NCBI GenBank assembly: GCA_963727775.1
Contig: CAVSHB010000004.1
Span: forward strand, 96,001 to 160,000
Length of the DNA: 64,000 nucleotides
Reading direction: 5' to 3'
From: an uncultured Nitrospiraceae bacterium
GTDB lineage: Bacteria > Nitrospirota > Thermodesulfovibrionia > Thermodesulfovibrionales > SM23-35
Position numbers and translations under genes: made by a program. A model generated the notes under the pieces. That model saw nothing but the letters and a program-made list of their open reading frames with translations, was not told the DNA's origin and made no database searches. Positions 59,971 through 64,000 of this stretch are shown here, in pieces; position 1 is the first letter of the stretch; every line of letters starts with the position of its first letter.

Positions 59971-60826
59971 TTCCCTCTTTTGTGAATATCTCGAGAAGCA
60001 GGCAGTGAGGCACCCTGCCGTCTATGATATGAGTCTTGGAAACGCCGCCCTCAATCGCCTTAAGACATGCCTGGACCTTCGGCAACATCCCGCCCGTGAT
60101 TGTCCCGTCCTTAGTCAGTTTTTTTATCTGCTCTTTCTTGAGCGCTGAGATTATTTTATTATTCTTATGCATAATTCCCAGCACATCGGTAAGGAGTATA
60201 AGCTTTTCAGCCTTCAGAGCTGACGCGACGGACGCAGCTACATAATCGGCATTAATATTCAATGTCTCGCCGTTGGGACCGACGCCGATGGGTGATATAA
60301 CGGGGATAAACCCTTCTTTTTCGAGACTGATTATTATGTGCGGATCGATGGATGTAACTTCACCGACAAGACCGATATCTATTATCTCGTCGACACCTGT
60401 TTCAGCGTGTTTATTTAACATTTTCTTCTTTGCCTTTATTAGTCCGCCGTCTTTACCGCTCAACCCAACTGCCTTTCCGCCGTGGTTATTGATCAGAGAT
60501 ACAATCTCTTTATTTACAAGCCCGCCAAGGACCATCTCAACAATATCCATTGTCTCCTTATCGGTAACACGCTGACCCTGAACAAATTGAGGTTTCTTAC
60601 CCATCTTCTCCATAGTAGCAGATATCTTAGGACCCCCGCCGTGAACGATTGCGGTCCTTATACCGATGAAGTTAAGCATAATTATGTCTTTCGCAAACGA
60701 GCCTTTAAGCTCCTCCTTCACCTGCGCAGCGCCGCCATATTTTATAACAAACGTCTTCCCGTAAAAATTCCTGATATAAGGGAGAGCCTCGATCAGTATC
60801 TCGGCTTTTGTAATTATGTCTTTCAT
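59948..60826 (-). CDS. argB: Acetylglutamate kinase
   Basis: VIKYGG, VHGGGP, NINAD and GGMLPK motifs. Confidence 0.96.
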   Translation of the reverse strand: MKDIITKAEILIEALPYIRNFYGKTFVIKYGGAAQVKEELKGSFAKDIIMLNFIGIRTAIVHGGGPKISATMEKMGKKPQFVQGQRVTDKETMDIVEMVLGGLVNKEIVSLINNHGGKAVGLSGKDGGLIKAKKKMLNKHAETGVDEIIDIGLVGEVTSIDPHIIISLEKEGFIPVISPIGVGPNGETLNINADYVAASVASALKAEKLILLTDVLGIMHKNNKIISALKKEQIKKLTKDGTITGGMLPKVQACLKAIEGGVSKTHIIDGRVPHCLLLEIFTKEGIGTEIQA

Positions 60827-60910
60827 ATTCGTCCCCATTTGACTATTTTATATTAATCCAAGAACTGCAATTAGAAAAATGTCCCGATGAATACCGGGAT
60901 TGTGAAAAAA

Positions 60911-61522
60911 TTATTTTTCGATACCGCTCTCGAAACACGGAATACACACAATCTCTCCATCTTTGACCCTTGCTCTCGGCTCCATCATCTTTTCTGAGCA
61001 AAACGTACAGCTCAGACTCGGATAAATCTTCGCCACTGCCGGCAGATCCATTTTTACTTTCTTAACCTTTAAAAGTTCTGCATCTCCGGCGTTCATTATC
61101 GTATCAAGCTTCTTTGCTTTTCTGTCATGGACAGTTTTTAAGACTTCTTCGGAATGGTCTCCTTTTATATACCGGTCCCAGGCATTTTTTTCTTCCTGAG
61201 TCTCTACCGGAGAGTTCCAGTCAACTGAAATCCTTATACCAGTGCCGGTTGTCGCAGCCCGGCCCTCAGAATTTCTCTTTATAAACGTATAGACCTGCTT
61301 GCCGTAATCCTTAAAAATCAGATTGCCCTTCCCGAACGTACACCCGGTAATTACCTGAACCGCATCAACAGCGCAGGAGTTATTCTCAACAATTGCAATA
61401 AGCTCCTCATCAGCTGCCCTTTCTCCAAGTACTTTCATAACATAAACGGCAACCCTGTATCCCAGGGCAAGCCCCGGGCATATATGGCCGTGGAAATCTA
61501 CAACATCTTCAAATGATTTCAT
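60911..61522 (-). CDS. FmdE/FwdE-family protein
   Basis: FHGHICPG and CAVDAVQ..TGCTFGKGNL motifs; C-terminal zinc finger. Confidence 0.9.
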   Translation of the reverse strand: MKSFEDVVDFHGHICPGLALGYRVAVYVMKVLGERAADEELIAIVENNSCAVDAVQVITGCTFGKGNLIFKDYGKQVYTFIKRNSEGRAATTGTGIRISVDWNSPVETQEEKNAWDRYIKGDHSEEVLKTVHDRKAKKLDTIMNAGDAELLKVKKVKMDLPAVAKIYPSLSCTFCSEKMMEPRARVKDGEIVCIPCFESGIEK

Positions 61523-61673
61523 CTGAAAATGATTTTACATCAAAACAAGTAATTTTTGTAATGGTTCAAGTGGGAAATGTATGGGCAGATGACGATTATA
61601 GATTGTAAATAGTCTTGACAGATAACACGGGAAAAGTATATTTTTATAAAAATTACTTTAGGAGGGGTCCAAT

Positions 61674-62114
61674 ATGAAAAGCTTCATTGTATCGGTATTT
61701 ATTCTCACAATCTGTACATTTCTCGGAGGTTGCACTTGTGTGCAGAGCATCAAAGTAACTCCAGAAGCTACTGGAGGAAATATTAAAAAGATGACTGCTG
61801 CTTCGATTAAAGCACCGGTTGAAATTGAACTGAAAGATTGTTGTCCCGGTAAAGAAGAAAGAAAAATTGCTTGCCGATATAATAAGGACATTTATGATCT
61901 GTGGACAAAGGCAAGAGATAAAAAAATATCAATAAAAAGATACTATAAGCTCGTCAAGGCCGCTGAGACTGCACTTCAGAAAATTAATTACTACTGTCCC
62001 ATTTCCAACATGCCTAAACCTGCTGTCAAAATAAAGACTAAAACTACCCAAGAAGGAGCATGGAAATCACTAAAGAAGGTTAATGAAGAAATCGAAAAGG
62101 AACTAAAAAAATAA
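61674..62114 (+). CDS. Hypothetical lipoprotein
   Basis: Lipobox LGGC; RBS AGGAGG. Confidence 0.65.
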   Translation: MKSFIVSVFILTICTFLGGCTCVQSIKVTPEATGGNIKKMTAASIKAPVEIELKDCCPGKEERKIACRYNKDIYDLWTKARDKKISIKRYYKLVKAAETALQKINYYCPISNMPKPAVKIKTKTTQEGAWKSLKKVNEEIEKELKK

Positions 62115-62168
62115 ATTTCCATCCTAACGCTTAAAAAGCGGACAACTGGCTATTTTGGTTGTCCGCTT

Positions 62169-64000
62169 TTATTTCGTCTCAGTCTTTAGTTCATTTAACA
62201 GTATGCTTATCTGCGCCTTTATTTTGTTTCTTGTCTCCGGCGACATGTCGCCGGATGTTTTACATGAAAATTTCTTTGATATTGGCTTCAAAACCATATA
62301 TCCGTTCCCAGACCATACTACGCCTACTTCGTTATCCCGTAAAATTTCGACCTTTTCCCTTACCCATTCCTGGAGTTCCTGAATTCCCGTTACAGAAAAC
62401 TTTGCAATATCGGGATATAATTTATTAATATCTTCGAAAGACATCCCATTTTTTGCATACGTTTGAATCTCAGTTGACAACACTGTTTTTTTATACTTAT
62501 CACCGTCACTATATATGATGGTCAGAGACTCGACTACTTTTTCTTCGGGCATGTCCTTCAGTTTCATAACAATAAAATCACAAATAGAAAAATATCTGTA
62601 CAGGAAATCTGTCTCTTCTCTCGTCAGTCCGTATTTCTCAATAACTTCCTTGTACGGGTAGACGTCGAAAACTTTACTCAGTTTAGTTGTCTCATCAAAC
62701 AGGATTTGCTCATTAATAAAATCCTCATAAATATTTCCTGTCCTCCACAAAGCTTCCTTAATCCCCAATTTATTCATTAAGGATTGCGAATTCATTATAT
62801 ATTCGGTCACCTCAGTTAATAAGTACATCCTGTTTTTTACCTTTATGTCAAACCCCTCATATCTTTCCTTTTTGTTTCCGAGGTTCTTTACAGGAAACAG
62901 TACCTCTTCAGCAGCCTTTTCCATAGACTGCTTTTCTGGTTCCTTCACCGGTGTTTGTACCTCTGCTATCTTCTCTGGTACCTGTACCTCTGCTATCTTC
63001 TCCGGTACCTGTACCTCTGCCGTCTTCTCCGGTGCCTGTACCTCTGCCGTCTTCTCCGGTGCCTGTACCTCTGCCGTCTTCTCCGGTGCCTGTACCTCTG
63101 CCGTCTTCTCCGGTGCCTGTACCTCTGCCGTCTTCTCCGGTGCCTGTACCTCTGCCGTCTTCTCCGGTGCTTCCGCTTTCTCAATTGTCTCAAACATAGT
63201 CACTATCGTTTTCAGTTTGTGTGTTCTCTCAACCTTAAGAGCCAGTGACTCAGCTTCTTTTCTGGATGCAAACTCTCCTATCATCACTTTATAGAGATAT
63301 ACTCCTCTGGATATCATTTTTGTAACCTGAACCGGATACCCTGCCCTTTTGAATTGTAGCCTCAATTCATTCGCGCTATTCTGTTTCTTGAAAACTCCTA
63401 TCTGCACCGAATACTTAACCTTCTTTTTTGATAAAGATACAGCCCGTAATGAGTTTTCAGGCTTATCCCTGTCAACAAAACTGTCTGCTGTTTCATTTGT
63501 TCCGACCGTATTTCGCAGCTCTCCGTCTGTCGACGGCGTTGTCTGTCTTTTATCCTCCACTGTCTTTTGCGGTTCTATTTCTTGAATCTTTTCTTCATTG
63601 AACACCCCTGCCTGATTCCCGACGACATTATCAACCGCCTTCGTCTCGCCGATACGGCCGCTCTCGGTTTTATACAAATCGCTCTTCGCATTTATCATCT
63701 CGGCTTCCTTCTTCGCATATGTTATGAAAGGACTCTCCGGAAACTGCTGTTTGATCTCCGAAAAAATCTTTTTTGCCTCTTCAACAGACTTTATCTGCAC
63801 TAAGGATTTCCCAAGCCAGAACAGTACAGCATCTTTTGCGGAGCTGTCCGGGAATTCTTTAAGGAATATTCTGAACTCTTCTACGGCCTTTTCAGGCTGA
63901 TAGGAAAGATAATATTTATAAGCCTCATCAAAGAGTTGAAATTCCCTACTGGAAGCTTGAGAATCAAAGACAGCAAACAGCAAAACGGAGAGAACTATGA
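62169..64000 (-). CDS. TPR plus SPOR domain exported protein (start lies at or beyond the window edge)
   Basis: FLKEFPDS...FWLGKS TPR; YSVQIGVF...YKVMIGEF SPOR. Confidence 0.75.
   Translation of the reverse strand, partial: IVLSVLLFAVFDSQASSREFQLFDEAYKYYLSYQPEKAVEEFRIFLKEFPDSSAKDAVLFWLGKSLVQIKSVEEAKKIFSEIKQQFPESPFITYAKKEAEMINAKSDLYKTESGRIGETKAVDNVVGNQAGVFNEEKIQEIEPQKTVEDKRQTTPSTDGELRNTVGTNETADSFVDRDKPENSLRAVSLSKKKVKYSVQIGVFKKQNSANELRLQFKRAGYPVQVTKMISRGVYLYKVMIGEFASRKEAESLALKVERTHKLKTIVTMFETIEKAEAPEKTAEVQAPEKTAEVQAPEKTAEVQAPEKTAEVQAPEKTAEVQAPEKTAEVQVPEKIAEVQVPEKIAEVQTPVKEPEKQSMEKAAEEVLFPVKNLGNKKERYEGFDIKVKNRMYLLTEVTEYIMNSQSLMNKLGIKEALWRTGNIYEDFINEQILFDETTKLSKVFDVYPYKEVIEKYGLTREETDFLYRYFSICDFIVMKLKDMPEEKVVESLTIIYSDGDKYKKTVLSTEIQTYAKNGMSFEDINKLYPDIAKFSVTGIQELQEWVREKVEILRDNEVGVVWSGNGYMVLKPISKKFSCKTSGDMSPETRNKIKAQISILLNELKTETK
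62955..63170 (-). repeat. 27-bp coding tandem repeat, 8 copies
   Basis: (APEKTAEVQ)x6 then (VPEKIAEVQ)x2. Confidence 0.95.

Noticed and set aside
62955..63170. CRISPR array
   Set aside because: Repeats are contiguous without spacers and are in-frame coding. No CRISPR array or cas gene was seen in the window.

Overview
Bacterial chromosomal window, probably from an anaerobic Nitrospirota/Desulfobacterota-like organism (inferred from gene content only). Housekeeping blocks are ybeY; folD-oxidoreductase-metV-metF; folE, suhB and 5-formyl-THF cyclo-ligase; cooC, hisBC, thiL, lon, galU and nrdJ; and tRNA-Pro-merR-ihfA, acpS, mtgA and argB. The first ~14 kb is an accessory region. It holds two integrase-less integron cassette arrays (five minus-strand attC sites), one bracketed by IS21-like repeat ends. 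An IS1111-type IS110 element sits exactly inside one attC, and its 3' non-coding region carries two duplicated bridge-RNA-like modules. The same region has IS256, IS630, an 88-bp MITE, toxin-antitoxin genes and an apparent purD replacement. Further on are an ORF-less group II intron next to a second IS1111-type element, an NrdR-boxed nrdJ operon with a small Cys-rich ORF, and a 2624-aa DUF11-repeat protein fused to a PorU-like C25 peptidase. All calls were made by eye from the sequence; no searches were run.
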